A stretch of 56,355 nt of DNA, counting the filler, from Jimgerdemannia flammicorona (Eukaryota), in NCBI GenBank assembly GCA_003990765.1. It is 3 parts of 3 records of this genome, joined end to end, with 100 filler letters (N's around TTAATTAATTAA, not from the genome) between each part and the next. Parts side by side here need not be neighbours in the genome. Positions count along the whole stretch, not along the records: positions 1 to 18,720 come from RBNJ01002128.1; 2 more parts are not named here. One strand, given 5' to 3'. The stretch's first letter is position 1, and each line of letters opens with the position of its first letter. The position numbers were made by a program, and so were the translations under genes. A model generated the notes under the pieces. It worked only from the letters and a program-made list of their open reading frames with translations. It searched no databases and was not told the DNA's origin. Of the stretch, positions 1 through 12,100 are shown in pieces.

Positions 1-3000
1 AACCTGACCCACGAAGGCAGAAAGATCACCCTGACACCCCAGGAAGGTACCAACCACCAAGGAATCGAAATCATCTCTGCCATTCAAATGAAGAGACTCT
101 CTCGAAAAAAGGGAAACACCTACTTCATCTGTACAGTACAAGAAGTCACTGAAGCCACAAGTAGCCCAATTCCAACAGAAGCTCAAGAACTGTTTGAAGA
201 ATTCCAAGATGTATTCCAAGATCCTCAAGGACTTCCACCCAAGCGCCAAATCCAACATGGAATTGATCTTATCCCAGGATCTGAACCTCCATACAAGAGT
301 ATCTATCAACTGGCTCAACCTGAGCTCAAGACCCTCAAGGATGAATTGACCAAACTACTGGCCCAAGGATACATTGAACCCAGCCGCTCTCCATTTGGAG
401 CCCCCATTCTATTTGTCAAGAAGAAGGATGGCTCTCTGTGAATGTGTATTGACTACAGAGTCCTCAACAAGATCACCATCAAGAACCGATATGCCTTGCC
501 CAGAATTGATGAGTTACTACACCAAATCTTCAAGGCCAAGACCTTTTCTCTACTGGATTTGCGAAATGGCTACCACCAGATTCTCATTGATGAGAAGGAC
601 ATTGAGAAGACAGCTTTCCGAACATGGTTTAGACACTACCAGTTCCGAGTCATGCCTTTTGGATTGACCAATGCACCAGCAACATTCCAGTATCTGATGA
701 ATGACATCTTTGGACCACTCCTCAACATTTGTATCTTTGTGTATATTGATGATATACTAATCTACAGTGAGACAGTAGAGCTACACTATACCCACCTTAA
801 ACAAGTACTGACCCTTCTGCGAGAACACCAGCTCTATGCCAAAATGAGCAAGTGTAAGTTCTACTAAGACCAGATCAAGTACTTAGGACACATCATCTCT
901 GCTGAAGGTATCAACATGGACCCCCGAAAAGTATCAGCCCTTAAGGATATCCCTATTCCTACTACCCTCAAGCTACTCCAGTGCTTTCTGGGTATTGCCA
1001 GTTATTACTGAAGGTTTATCCAAGGATACTCTGCTATTGCAGCCCCATTGACCAGCCTGGCCCATAAAGGAGTGAACATCAAAGCTGAATGGATCCCCGA
1101 ATGCATCCTGACTATGGACCATCTCAAGAGACTCCTTACTGAGGCCCCAGTGCTAATTGCACCTGATCCTACCAGACTATTCACTCTGACTACAGATGTC
1201 TCTGACATTGCTATTGGAGTAGTGCTCAGCCAAGAAGACCGCCTAGTGGCCTACCTTTCACAGAAGCTCAAGCCAGCTGAGACCCGGTATACCACTCACA
1301 AGAAGAAACTCCTGGCTATTGTCACTGCACTCCAGGAATGGCGCCATTTTCTCCTAGGACAGCCATTTGTAGCCTACACTGATCACCATACACTGCAGTA
1401 TATTTACACATAGCCTATGCTGACTCACAGACAAGCCCACTGGATGGAAATCATTGCCAACTTTGATATGGAAATCAAGTATATCCCAGGTAAAACCAAC
1501 CGTGTGGCTGATGGTTTCTCCAGATACATGGAAGATGAACTTGTCTTCATGGTCGAAGTAATTGGAGACCTTACCCAAATGATCAAGGACAGCTACCAGC
1601 AAGACAGCCCCCTGATGAATTTCCTTCAATTCTGCCAAGACCCAGAGGCCGAGATTCCAGAACCCATGAGGCAAATGGCCAAGAGATTCACCTACCATGA
1701 TAGACTTATTTACAGAGACCATGACAGAGTGATTATACCCAACAATGATACTCTGTGACTCAAGATCATACAGGAACTCCATGATACTCCTGCAGCAGGA
1801 CACTTTGGTTTTGAAAAGACCTACAACCTCCTCTCAAGAGAGTTCTACTGGCCAAAGATGACCAAGGATATCAAAGACTTTATGGCCTCATGCGAGATGT
1901 TCCAAAGGTTCAAAAGTGGTAACAAGCTACCAGTAGGACTCCTGCAACCCTTGCCTATCCCGAGCCACAATTGGGACCAGATTGCGATGGACTTCATTGT
2001 CCAACTCCCCAAGACCAAGGCAGGATGGAATGCCATCATGGTATTTGTGGACCACCTAAGTAAACAAGCCCATTTTGCACCCACTAAGACCACTGCTACA
2101 GCACCAGATATTGCCAAGATCTTTCTTAACCAAGTATTCAGGCTACATAGCATGCCTAGCACCATTGTATCTGACTGAGATGCCAAGTTCACAAGCAACT
2201 TCTGGAAGGCATTTTTCTCCCACCATGGAACCAAGCTGAAGTTCTCTACTGCCTACCACCCTCAGACTGATGGTCAAACCAAGTGAATAAACAGGACTCT
2301 CAAACAGATGCTTAGCATCTTCTGCTGTTACAAGCAAAATGATTGGGACAAGTACCTAGTCCATACTGAGTTTGCCTACAACAACAGTCAGCAAACCTCC
2401 ACAAATAAGACTCCATTCTTCCTGAACCATGGTCAACACCCAAGGACCCCAAGTACTACTGCGAAATCAGCAGTCCCAGCAGCCCAAGATCTGGCTGAGA
2501 CCATTTCTGACCTTATGTAAATGATAAGAGATGCTCTCATAGAAGCACAAGACTATCAGACCAAGTATGCAAACTTGAAGCAAAGAGAAGCCTCCTACAA
2601 TATTGGTGATATGGTCATACTTAGAACAGACCACCTCCACCCAGACACTCTGGCACAACAACTAGCCAAGAAACTCCATGCTAGAAGAATTGGACCATAC
2701 AAGATCGTGGAAAAAATCAGTGAAGTCAACTACAAGTTGCAACTTCCCCACAATATTTGAGTACACCCAGTATTCCATATCAGCCAATTGGTGGACTACC
2801 ATGAGAACCCATTCCCTGAGTGTACAGTTCCACCACCACCCCCAATTAGGATCAATGATTATGAGGAATTCGAAATTGAGGAAGTACTTGACCACAAGGT
2901 CTGCAAATATCCCAAAACAGTCAAGCACTTTTTCCTGATAAAGTGGAAGGGTTACCCCACCCATGATGCCACCTGGGAAAAAGAAGAAGTCTTGAAGAAT

Positions 3001-3069
3001 GCACACAAAGTCCTCCAGGACTACATGGAAACACTCACCCCCCAGCAAAAGAAGGAACTACAGCTCTAA
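1..3069 (+). pseudogene. pol: Gypsy-1 pol: RT, RNase H, integrase, chromodomain; many in-frame stops
   Basis: Motifs [101 protein letters not shown]..DATWE. One frame, broken by CGA>TGA and CAA/CAG>TAA/TAG stops (439, 865, 1411, 1756, 2176, 2518, 2758). Confidence 0.95.
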
Positions 3070-3635
3070 GTATAGGAGTATACAGCAAGTAAAAAGGATA
3101 CCACATATCTTTATCTGGAAACATATAATACCAAACATTGCAGTGAAAAAAGGAATGCTATGGATAACCAACAAGAGGATACCTGAGCAAAAGAACAATC
3201 TAGTACAGTATAGCAAAATGCATTTGAACAACTCTATTTCACGCCATCTGTGTCATCTCCGCTGGATGATGACGGACGCTTCATGTGAAACTTAGGAAAG
3301 CCGACAATGTCGAAACCAGTCTAAGTCTATCCACGTGACAGATATTGTTACTAAAGAATTGCCTCAGATTACAAGAAAGTCTATTTCTAAGAAGTTCGAA
3401 CCTCCAGCTGCGACAATGGGAGCCCTCACCCTAGACAAGGATGGCCAGTCCTTGCAAATGTGCTAACCAGACAAAAAAAAAAGTGGACCAAGACCTGTTA
3501 ACCCTGTATAACCACAGACAGGTGATGAGATCTTTGAAATCAGGATTTCCTCATGTGACCAGCACATGCTCTGCTTACAGCACAGGTCATGCATTTTGCC
3601 AGAAAGTGTGACCAAAGGAAGGTCACATCAGATGG

Positions 3636-4547
3636 ATGAATAAGTATAAATACCCAAGGCAAGAATACCCCACAACTCTCATCCCCCTTTCCTCACAAAG
3701 AAAAGACAAGATAAGAATACCTGGCACCTGCTACCAAACTGCCCGCCATAGCCAGCCCCTCTCAAGCCAGGTTGACCGCCTCTTTGGACACATTGAGGTT
3801 GCCATCCAAGGAAGGAACCGCCACTCAGAGGCCCTTAACCTCTCCAGCCCAGATCTAGGACAGTATGTCCTTGACCACTGCGAACTTATTGAAAGAACCT
3901 ATCTTGCTACCAGCCGCCTAGAAATCTGGCATGAATATGAAATCGGTCACCAGCTTCTCCAATATACAAATGGCCTACCCACAGACCAGGTCTCTGATTG
4001 GATCTACCTAGACAGGCACGAGCAAAGACTTGCCAAGAAGGTCCATCAAATCATGTACCATGCACCCTTCGCAATTCCCAATCTCAACTACATACAACTG
4101 AAGGACTTCCAGAACCTCTCTTTCCTCGAGGTTGATGCCCTAGAAGTCAAGGTCGCCCAAGAAGCCAACTCCTAGATTGCCCTCAAGTCTACTGACTGCA
4201 AACCCTACTGGAGCCCCCTCCTGAATGACAACCCTGACCAATGGCTCCAAGGTCTCTCTGACCTCTTTGAAGGACCACCTATCTGAATGGATATTCCCAG
4301 GCATAAAGATCAAGAGCCCTACTTGGATGGCCCCAACCGCATCAGATGGAGAACCCCTATACCAGCACCTATTCCAATGCAAGAACCATTTGCAGACCTT
4401 ATTGGCTTCTCCATCCTGGACAGCAAGCCCTCTGCAACCACCAACCCCCCTACTCTTGAAGAAGATGGTAATGACTCTGAGGAGAATTCCCCACCTTTCT
4501 CTCCCCTTGTTCTCAATTTCTCAATCAATGAGGATATTGATTTCTAA
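3636..4547 (+). pseudogene. Accessory ORF ('ORF-X') between pol and the PPT of Gypsy-1; unknown function
   Basis: Open frame 3636-4175 plus downstream segment 4287-4547. Translation aligns by eye with ORFs at 54890-55654 and inside both Gypsy-3 LTRs. Confidence 0.7.
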
Positions 4548-4558
4548 GGAGGGAAGGA

Positions 4559-5317
4559 TATAATAGAATGAACGAACATGATGAATGATGAGCAATGAAC
4601 GATGAACGATCACATGACCCAACAATGATGTCATCATATGAACGAAGCATGACATATGAATTACGAATGATGCGAACGATGCAAAATGATGCGGAAAATG
4701 ATATCCAGCTTATCCCCAACAATCGGCGCCACAGCAACAGTTGCCACAGCAGCTGATCATTGCCTAGTAATTGAGGTCCTGATCACAAAGTTGTTTTTGT
4801 CAAAAACCACCTAACAAAGGTCGCGATCACAAACCTCATTATAGTTACCAAATTAGTCACTCATACTTAGTCAGAAATCGCAGACCAACTTGTATAAATA
4901 CCCCCCAGTTTCCATCCGAAATAAAGCAGTTTTAGTTCAGTCCTTGATACAAGAATCAAGTCCCCCCCACACACACACATTCCCCTGAGTCTTAGTAATG
5001 ACATCTAAGTGACTCTAGTGTTTCTGACTAAACTCCAGAAGCCTAGCTAACTTCTGCCAGAACAGAGACCGGTATATAAATTCCCAAAGACTTAAAGTAA
5101 TCCCATTGAACCTGAATTCCAAGGCGAATTCAGTCTGTGCACAGCAAAGAACAAGACCCTTGAAATAGGGTACAAGAGAAAGACCTTTGAAAGATAAGGC
5201 ACTGCCACTATACTTACTTATAAGCGAGCGCTTCCTCAAACTGAAGGCTTCTTAGTACACATAGTGTACTAAGTCCCTAAGTAATAGTCCACTTCCCTAA
5301 TTATCCTAAGGATAAGA
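4559..5317 (+). repeat. 3' LTR of Gypsy-1
   Basis: Starts directly after the PPT with TATAAT (decayed TGTAAT). Short ATGAACGA-like repeats in U3, TATAAATA at 4893-4900, AATAAA at 4920-4925. 3' end approximate. Confidence 0.7.
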
Positions 5318-8300
5318 GAGGGGTAGAAGTGAGAGTTATTACAGATAACCTCACAGCTGAGCAGTTGGGAGAAGTTGACCTACATGTGATGCCGGAGGAA
5401 TATTGGGCAAGGATTCTGTATAGAGATGGAGTGGTGGAGGCATTTATAGTGGAGATACTTGCAATTCTTAAGGAGGAGGAGGGATATGTAGTAGAGGTAG
5501 TGAGGGAGACTGAGTTGGTGATCATTGCTGGTGAGCAGACTGCCTATTGTTGGATAGAGTGTCATGGATTGCAACTCTGACAGAAGGCATGTCTGGAATA
5601 CTGGGAGGACTTCAAGGAAAAGGAGGATGGGGCAATGGTGGAACTTCTGTCTGGGTTGGAGGCCAGGCAACTAAAGAGAAGGCACTGGCTGCAGAACATA
5701 ATTTGGACTTGGCACAGGAGGAGCTGACTACAGATTTGTAGAGGGTGTGGTTGATAATCAACATTATACATTATTCCTTATGAACAGTACAACTAATATT
5801 TTTTCTTTGAATATAAATGGGCTATAGGGATTGGGGTGGCATAGGAACATTTTTACTTGGCTTAAGAGATTGGAGGCTGATCTCTTTTTACTGCAGGATG
5901 TACAGTGTGAGAATGAGGAAGATCAAGTGGAGTGGACTAGAGAATAGAGAGAGGCTACTGCTTGGAATGAAAAAGTGGCAATTCTGGTGAAAAAGGGTAG
6001 AGGGGATTTGGGCAGTATTCAGGGCTGAGGGGACTATTTGGTCTGGGGAGAATGGCACCATCCTGGGTGGGAATCAGTGAGGGTTGGCTCCTGCTACTGC
6101 CCTGTGGTTAGGGGTGAGTGGATTGAGTGAATTAGAGACCTGTTGGAGGAGGGTGTTTTCTTGGAGGAAGGTGTTGATGTACTGGGAGAGAGTGGTGGCC
6201 TGGATAAGTGGGAGGAGGTGGAGAACCTTAGCTCCTTAGGGAATATGAGCAGGGCATGGTGGGGTGACAGGAGGGTCTATATACACTGGATTAATGGACT
6301 GGATACAAGGATTGATTGGATTCTGACAGCTGAATATTGGGGTGCTGATGTTTGGAGGACTCTGGAGGTGGAGTGGTGCCCTTGGTCTGATCATTGGAGG
6401 CTACTGGGGCAGGGACAGTTTGGGGGGAGTGGAGATGGACCCAGATATTGGTGCCTTAACTCCTCACTACTGGCTGAGAAGGGGTTGTGGGACCCATGGG
6501 TGGAGGATGTCCAAGTGAAGATTGCCACCTGGATACACCATAGATGTCTGGTGGATGAGGCTGAAGGAGGCTGCAAGGGTATATTGGAGAGGAGCTGGTA
6601 GGGAGGCTGGGAGGCAGAGAAGGAAGTGAGTATGGTGTGCTTCCAATAGGCTGATTAGATTGCAGATAGAGTGGGCTGAGTTGCTTCACTTGGAAGGAGT
6701 AGAGGATTGGAGGTTGGAGTGGGCGAAACTGGAGGTAATGGAGCTGCAACAAATATTGCAAGCAGAGGAGGAGATTTGTATAAAAGGAATGGCTGCCAGG
6801 CTACAATAGCAGGGGCATGAGGAGGGAGAGTGGCCTACTAGGTATTTGTTAAGGCTGCTCTAAGCTAGAAGGGTGCACCACTGATGGGATGGGGTCTTGG
6901 ATGCCAAGGGAGATATGGTGCATGGCATACAGTAGATCTTGGGGGTACTGAAGGATAAATGGAAGAGCCTGTGTAGTGAGGAGGAAGAGGGGGCTGATGA
7001 GGAGGCAATTGAAGATATACTGGCAGAGTGGGTACCACCACAAGTTGAAGGACTAGAGGATTTGATCCTACCAGTCCAAGAGGGGGAGATCTAGAGAGTT
7101 CTGGTGGCAACTAAGCTGGGGATGGCACCAGGAGAGGATGGGCTACCTTGGGACTTCTGGAAGAAGATGGCAAAGGTTCCTGGAGTGTTAGGAGAGATGG
7201 CTGTCATCTGCGACCATATGGAGAGCAGGACTTGGGACTGGTGGCCTTATTGTACAAAGATAAGGGAAGGAGGGAGAACTGGAAAAATTAGAGGCTGATC
7301 ATGCTTCTGGATATGGATAGGAAGATAGTGACTAAGGTGATTGTTGTGAGGCTACAGAAAGTTGCCCAACAGGTCCTAGGTGAGGAGCAGTGAGGCTTTA
7401 TAGGGGGCAGACTTATCAGGGATGGAATTGCCTGAGTGCATGGTATCATTGAGGGGGCCTGGGCTTGTGGACTGGATGGCAGACTGGTCTTTTTAGACCA
7501 GGAGAAGGCCTATGACCATGTTAGGCGAGTTTGGCTAGGTAAGGTGCTGGATAGAATTGGTATTTCCCCAAGGTTTCGGGCTTCTATGCTGAATTTGTTG
7601 GAGGGTAGTAGGGCTGTAATGTTGTATAATAGGCACTGGGGTTTGGCATTTCCCTTGAGAAGAGGAGTCCCTCAGGGGGACCCACTGTCTCCTATCCTCC
7701 ATGCTCTCTCATTGGAATCTTTGATGGATAGGATACATCAGAGGGTGGAAGGGCTCTCTGTATATGGTGTGGTGTGGAAGGTAGGGGCCATTGCAGATGA
7801 TATGGTAGTTGGACTTGGATCAGTAGTAGATGTGGAGGCACTCAAGGAGACAGTGGAATGGTATGAGGCACACTCTGGGGCAAAACCCAACTGGCATAAG
7901 TGTGAGACAATGGTGCTAAGGAATGGGCTGGTAGGAGGGGACATCATTAGAACAATTGTCCCCACTGGAGAGGTGGTGAGGTATTTGGGCATCTTCTTCT
8001 CTGTATATGGATCTGTCTTGCCATAGGTGTGGTGGGAGAGGAGAGTGGCCATTTGGGGAGAGGCTCTTAGAAGTTGGGGGGGTTGCCATATCTCCCTGAT
8101 AGGGCAGGTGTCAATTTTGAATGTCTACTGGTTTCCCAAGTTATGGTATGTAGCATACTACTTAGACTTCCCAGCTTGAGTGGTGAAGAGACTGATGAAA
8201 TAGGCTAGGGATTGGATTTGGGCAGGGAGGAGGTCCCAGATCAGTTGGGATACTCTTGTAACACCAGTGGTTAGAGGAGGACTAGGCCTCATGGATTTCT

Positions 8301-9198
8301 CTAAGTGGCTGCACTGCCTATGAGCTTAGTGGTTGAAAAGGGCTGTTGAACTGCAGGGAGGAGGTTGGGTACCACTACTGCAGAAGGTTTGGGAGATGAG
8401 GTTCTCCCCTCAGAGGTCCTCAGGAGATTTGCTCTCTCTGGTGGGCCTGACTGGAAGCTGATGGCTATGGTTTAAGGGCTTCTGGTGGGGGGTGGTGGAT
8501 GGAGCACACAGGATAGGACTGCACTGGAGAGGTAATGAGGGAGAGGAGCTGTGGGGCCCAGATATGTGGCAATGGGACAGACTCCTTCTGGGGAGTATTC
8601 TACTTACTGAGTTTGATATTAGTGAGAGAGTGGAGTGTCAGTGGGAACTTGGCCAGGATCTTTGGCCAGGTAGTTGGCAGGCTGTGGGGATTGGTGAGGA
8701 GTGGGACTGGGCAGGGGTCTGGTCATAGAGTACTGAGGTGAGGTGGTAACTCTCTCCTAAGTTCTAGATAGTATGGTGGAGGATGCTGAGGAGGAATATC
8801 ATGTTGAATTTTGGTTCTGAGTATCTTGTGGAGGGTGGCCAGCTAGATTGTGAGGAATGTTATAATATAGGGCAAGCTGGGGGGTTTGTGCAGATGTCTG
8901 AACATTGGCTGGGAGAGTGTGAGGTCCTGGGGGACTTTTGGATAGTAGTAGAGAATTGACTGGGTGTGAAGAGGAGACCTGATGGAGAGAGAGATCACTA
9001 GGAGGATTTGGAGTCCCAGCTAGTAGGTGGTGTGGGCAATGGTTGGCTTACTGTAGGGTGGGTTTTAGCAGTGTGGGTAGGGCTGACTGGTCATTGGCTG
9101 TATGTCTTTTTTTTTTTTTTTTTTTTTTTTTTTATAGTCACTTGGACTCTTCCTTTATTACACCCATTTATCCCATATAAGTACAGTGAACCCACCCC

Positions 9199-12100
9199 CT
9201 ATCCAATCCCCCTAGGGGGGCTCCTCTCCTCTATCTCTTCTTGATGAAACACCACTCTATCAAATACAATTCCCACCCTCCCACCACTCTGTTCACATAT
9301 CCTTGTCACCAAACCTCACCATCTCCCCCCTGAAGGACCCCAACCTATCCACCATCCAGTTATCAGATCTCCCAACAGCTCCTCTCACCTTAAAACCTTC
9401 ACCTGCAGGCTCATCTATCACCTCTCTTCAAACACAAATAGCCAATGTCCCACCAATCCCACCCAAACTGCTAATACCCACCCAACAGTGAGCCAACTAT
9501 CACTCACCCCCCCACTAGCCAAGACCTCAAGTCCTCCCAGCGATCTCCCTCACCTGCTGGCCTATACCCCATACCCAGCCTATCTCCTATTTCAACTCAA
9601 AAGTTCCCCAAAACCTCACACTCTCCCAACCAATGTTCCAGCATCTGCACCAAACCCCCAGCTTGCTCTACATTATAACACTCCTCACAATTGAAACAGC
9701 CACCATCCACCAGATGCCCGGTGCAGAAATTTAGCATAACATTCCTCTATAGCATTTACCACCACACCACCCAGAACTTGGGGGGAAGCCACTGCCATAC
9801 CTCAGCACTCCAAGACCAGATACCTGCCCAGTCCCACTCCTTGCCAGTCCTGACTGTCTGCCAGCCACTTGGCCAAAGATCCTGGCCAAGACCCTGCTGA
9901 TACTCCACTCTGTCCCCAATATCAAAAGTAGCAAGTAGAGTGCCCCCCAGTAGCAGTCTATCCCATTGCCACATACTAGGTCCCCACAATATCTCCCCCT
10001 CATTGCCTTACTAGTGCAGACCAATTCTGTGAGCTCTATCGACCACTCCCCACCAAAAGCCCTTAAACCTCAGCCTCTGAATTCCATTGAGCCCTACCAA
10101 AGAGAGTAGATCTCCTAAGGACCCTCGGGGAGAGGTTTGCATCTCCCACACCTTCTGCAGCAGAGGCACCCAACCCCCTCCTTGTAGTTCAGCTGCTCTC
10201 TTCAACCACTAGGCTTGCAAGCAGTGCAACCTCTTAGAGAAATCCACAAGGCCAAGACCTCTCCTGATCACTGGTATCGCAAGAGTATCCCAACTGATCT
10301 GAGACCTCCTCTCTGTCCAAATCCAATCCCTAGTTACCTTTGTCAGCCTCTTTACCACCCAAGCTAGGAAGTCTAGGTAGTAGGCTACATACTACAGCTT
10401 GGGGAATCAGTATATATTCAGGATTACTACCTGCCCTGCTAGAGAGATATGATGGCCTCCCCAACCTCGAAGGACCTCCCCCCAAACAGCCACCCTGCTC
10501 TCCCACTATACTTGTGGCAGGACATAGCCATATATAGAGAGGAAGATGCCCAGATACTGTACTACCTCACCAGTAGGGACAATTGTTCTAATGACATCCC
10601 CACCCACCAGCTCATTCTCTAGCACTATAGTCTCACACTTATGCCAGTTGAGCTTTGCCCCAGAGTGATCCTCATACCATTCCACCACCTCCTTAAGTGC
10701 CTCAACATCTGCCACAGACCCAAGGCCAACCACTATATCATCTGCAAATGCTCCCACCTTCTACACTATGCCATAGATAGAGAGCTCTACTACCTTCCGG
10801 CAAATTCTATCCATCAATAGTTCCAAAGAGAGGGCATAAAGAATAGGGGACAGAGGGTCCCCCTGAGGAACCTCTCTTTTCAAGGTAAACACCAGACCAT
10901 GGTGACCATTACACATCAGTGCCACCCAACTGGCCTCTAGCAGATTCAACATAGAAGCCAGAAATCCTAGAGGAACACCAATATGATCCAATATCTTGCT
11001 CAGCCAAACCTGCCAGACTCGGTCATAGGCCTTCTTCTGGTCCAAAAAAACCAACCTTCTATCCAGGCCACAAGCCCGGGCCCCTTCAATGATACCATGC
11101 ACCCATGCAGTCCCATCTCTTATAAGTCTGCCTCTAACAAAACCCCACTGCTCCTCCCCCAGCACCTGTTGGGCAACCTTCTGCAGCCTCACAACAACCA
11201 CCTTAGTCACCATCTTCCTGTCCATGTCCAAAAGCATAATTGGCCACTAGTTCTTCCAGTCTTCTCTCCTCCCCTTATCTTTGTACAATAAAGCCACCAG
11301 CCTGAGGTCCTGCTCTCCAACCCACTCACCACTCTGAAGAACATGATCACAGAGAGCAGTCATCTCACCAAAATGCCAGGGACCTTGACCATCTTCTTCC
11401 AAAAGTCCTATGGTAGTCTATCCTCCCCTGGTGCTGTTCCAGGTCTAGTTGCCACAAGGACACTCTAGACCTCCTCACCCTGTACTGGCAAGGCCAAGTC
11501 AGCCAGTCCAGCCACTTGCAGTGGCCTCCATTCCCCTAATGTATCTTCAATAGCCACCCCATCAGTACCCCCTTCTTCCTCACTCCACAAACCCTGCCAT
11601 CTCTCATTCAAAACCCCTAAGATTCATTGCATACCATGTACTATATCCCCATTGGCATCTAGGACTCCATCCCACCAATGTCTCACCCTCCTAGCTTTGA
11701 GCAGATGGGACAAATATCTAGTAGGCCACTCACCCTCCTCAAGCCCCTGCTACCTTAGCCTAGCAGCCATACCTTTTTTTTTTTTTTTTTTTTTTTTTTC
11801 TACACTCATTTGTTCCAAACATAGTTACATAGCAAACAGCAGGAAAACATCCCCTGGATTACCTGACAAGAAAGTAAGTGGGGTCAGGCCCTGAAAAGAG
11901 TAGCCTCAGGCTACCTGATACCTAACCTTAGCAAAGCCAAGGTGGCCGGAGCCTGGTTCTCTCTGCCCTGAGCTACTCCCACCCCCCCCTCCCTACTAAT
12001 AACAATGCACCACCAAGGCCACAACCAGTCCCCTCATACAAATAATATATACAATGAAGAGAAATGAAATGACATGTAGGCCTGATAATCCCCAACCATG

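Larger units (their letters stand above)
1..5317 (+). mobile_element. Ty3/Gypsy chromovirus LTR retrotransposon 'Gypsy-1' (5' part outside window), degenerate
   Basis: pol domain order RT-RNaseH-integrase-chromodomain, then an extra ORF, polypurine tract AAGGAGGGAAGGA (4546-4558) and a 3' LTR. Right boundary approximate (where LINE ORF1 homology starts). Confidence 0.9.

Noticed and set aside
3261..3321. Hammerhead ribozyme or C/D snoRNA (ATGATGA...GAAA)
   Set aside because: Core reads ATGATGA rather than CTGATGA, I could not build a proper three-stem junction, and there is no box D CTGA before the closing stem.
3636..4175. env-like gene call for ORF-X
   Set aside because: No hydrophobic signal or transmembrane segment, or furin/fusion-peptide pattern, visible in any copy.
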